Source of the DNA: Neoconidiobolus thromboides FSU 785
Lineage: Eukaryota > Fungi > Entomophthoromycota
DNA length: 47,312 nucleotides
Direction: 5' to 3'
NCBI GenBank assembly: GCA_025603075.1
Contig: MU626414.1
Span: 1-47,312, forward strand
This document shows, one piece after another, positions 46,395-47,312 of this stretch (within the stretch, counting starts at the first letter, position 1; every line of letters starts with the position of its first letter). The notes beneath the pieces were generated by a model. The model searched no databases. It had not been told where the DNA came from and was given only the letters and a program-made list of their open reading frames with translations. The position numbers were made by a program, and so were the translations under genes.

Positions 46395-46696
46395 CCGGTA
46401 AGTATAAAATATAAAACCAAGACCCAATCGAGCACTATTTAACCTAGTTATAATCATTTAAAAATTGACTTAGATGGGTTGATTTTTGAGAGTAGTATAA
46501 TAAAATAGTATCAAGTTTTTGATGATGAGATTTTGGAAAAAAAGGTAGTATACGGGGATGTCCGAATTGGGCTCATTTTTTTATTCGCCTTTTCAAAAAC
46601 TCATATTAAAAATTTTGCTTAAAATTCCATAAAACAATTTTTTTTGTTAAAAGCAAAAGCACACCAACTAGTTTTAAACTATTTTGTTATAATACA

Positions 46697-46820
46697 TATG
46701 GGGCTATCCGAACTGGTTTTAGAATTTACTTAGAAGTTAATCCAAATTTTAAATTTTCAAATTTGTGTCTAATATGACGGTTAAATCTAAAAAGCCTAAA
46801 ATTAAATCTCTTTATTTTTT
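46697..46820 (+). mobile_element. Terminal segment of TIR element family B
   Basis: Inverted homolog of 715-838; a related terminus TACGGGGATGTCCGAATTGG is at 46551-46570. Confidence 0.7.
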
Positions 46821-46969
46821 GTTGAAATAAGAATAAAACGCAAATTTTCATAACTAAACTTCGAAATGGAGTTTCTGAAAATTTCAATATAATAGGGAGG
46901 AGTACACAATATAAACATTGTAATTCATTTACATCAACTTTAAGAGCTACTTATAACAACCCAACGTTT

Positions 46970-47312
46970 ATGGAATTTTATAATAAAACAAAATAAAGAA
47001 AAGATATATTATCAAAGTTTACTATCGATAATAATAAACTTAATCAAGTAATGTATAAAATTAGTGCTTTAAGGGAAACAGGAAACAAAAATCAACAAGT
47101 AGAGTTATTATCAACTATAGCTTCAGTATATTCTTTTGATGAATATAAGAGTTTTGGGCTTAATATAAATAGAAATCAATATGATTATTCAAAAACAAGT
47201 AATAATAATAAAATATCAACATTAAAACCTATTATTAAAAACACAAAAAAAATTAAAGACGAGCAAATTGAAACTATTATACAATATTTACTAAATGATT
47301 CAACTATTTCAT
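46970..47312 (+). pseudogene. Partial, possibly transposon-derived ORF running off the window end
   Basis: ATG 46970, in-frame TAA 46994, then an open frame through ATG 47051 MYKISALRETGNKNQQVELLSTIASVYSFDEYKSFGLNINRNQYDYSK..KIKDEQIETIIQYLL to the window end; lies just inside the family B terminus; product not recognised with certainty. Confidence 0.35.

Noticed and set aside
1-47312. tRNA or rRNA genes
   Set aside because: No cloverleaf with a T-loop GTTCRA context and no rRNA-like stretch found by eye; tRNAscan-SE would be decisive

Overview
Very AT-rich eukaryotic DNA with ~50-nt GT-AG introns. The gene content (velvet, CreA/Mig1-type zinc finger, kinase-Sel1, kelch-TM) points to a fungus, probably an early-diverging lineage (inference). 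About 13 protein genes are supported: a Fun30/SMARCAD1-type SNF2 helicase, a kelch membrane protein, a C2H2 factor, a PH protein, a velvet protein, an orphan ORF, an EI24-like protein, two tandem pseudokinase-Sel1 genes, an FG nucleoporin, a large Ser/Thr mucin spanning a 630-N gap, an FYRN/FYRC protein and RPL26. Several of these are spliced and are missed or split by the ORF track. The best hidden signal lies in an ORF-free stretch at 17.07-17.74 kb: an apparently non-coding spliced host gene whose three GTAAGT..AG introns each carry one box C/D snoRNA with an rRNA-complementary guide (snR78-, snR77- and snR75-like, in the order of the yeast snR78-72 cluster). Intergenic DNA holds 19 copies of a ~105-bp MITE (GGGGATG..CATCCCC termini), two solo LTRs of one family with 4-bp TSDs, and ends of a longer element that shares the MITE terminus, one of them upstream of a decayed ORF at the window end. 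All alignments were read by eye; no database searches were run.
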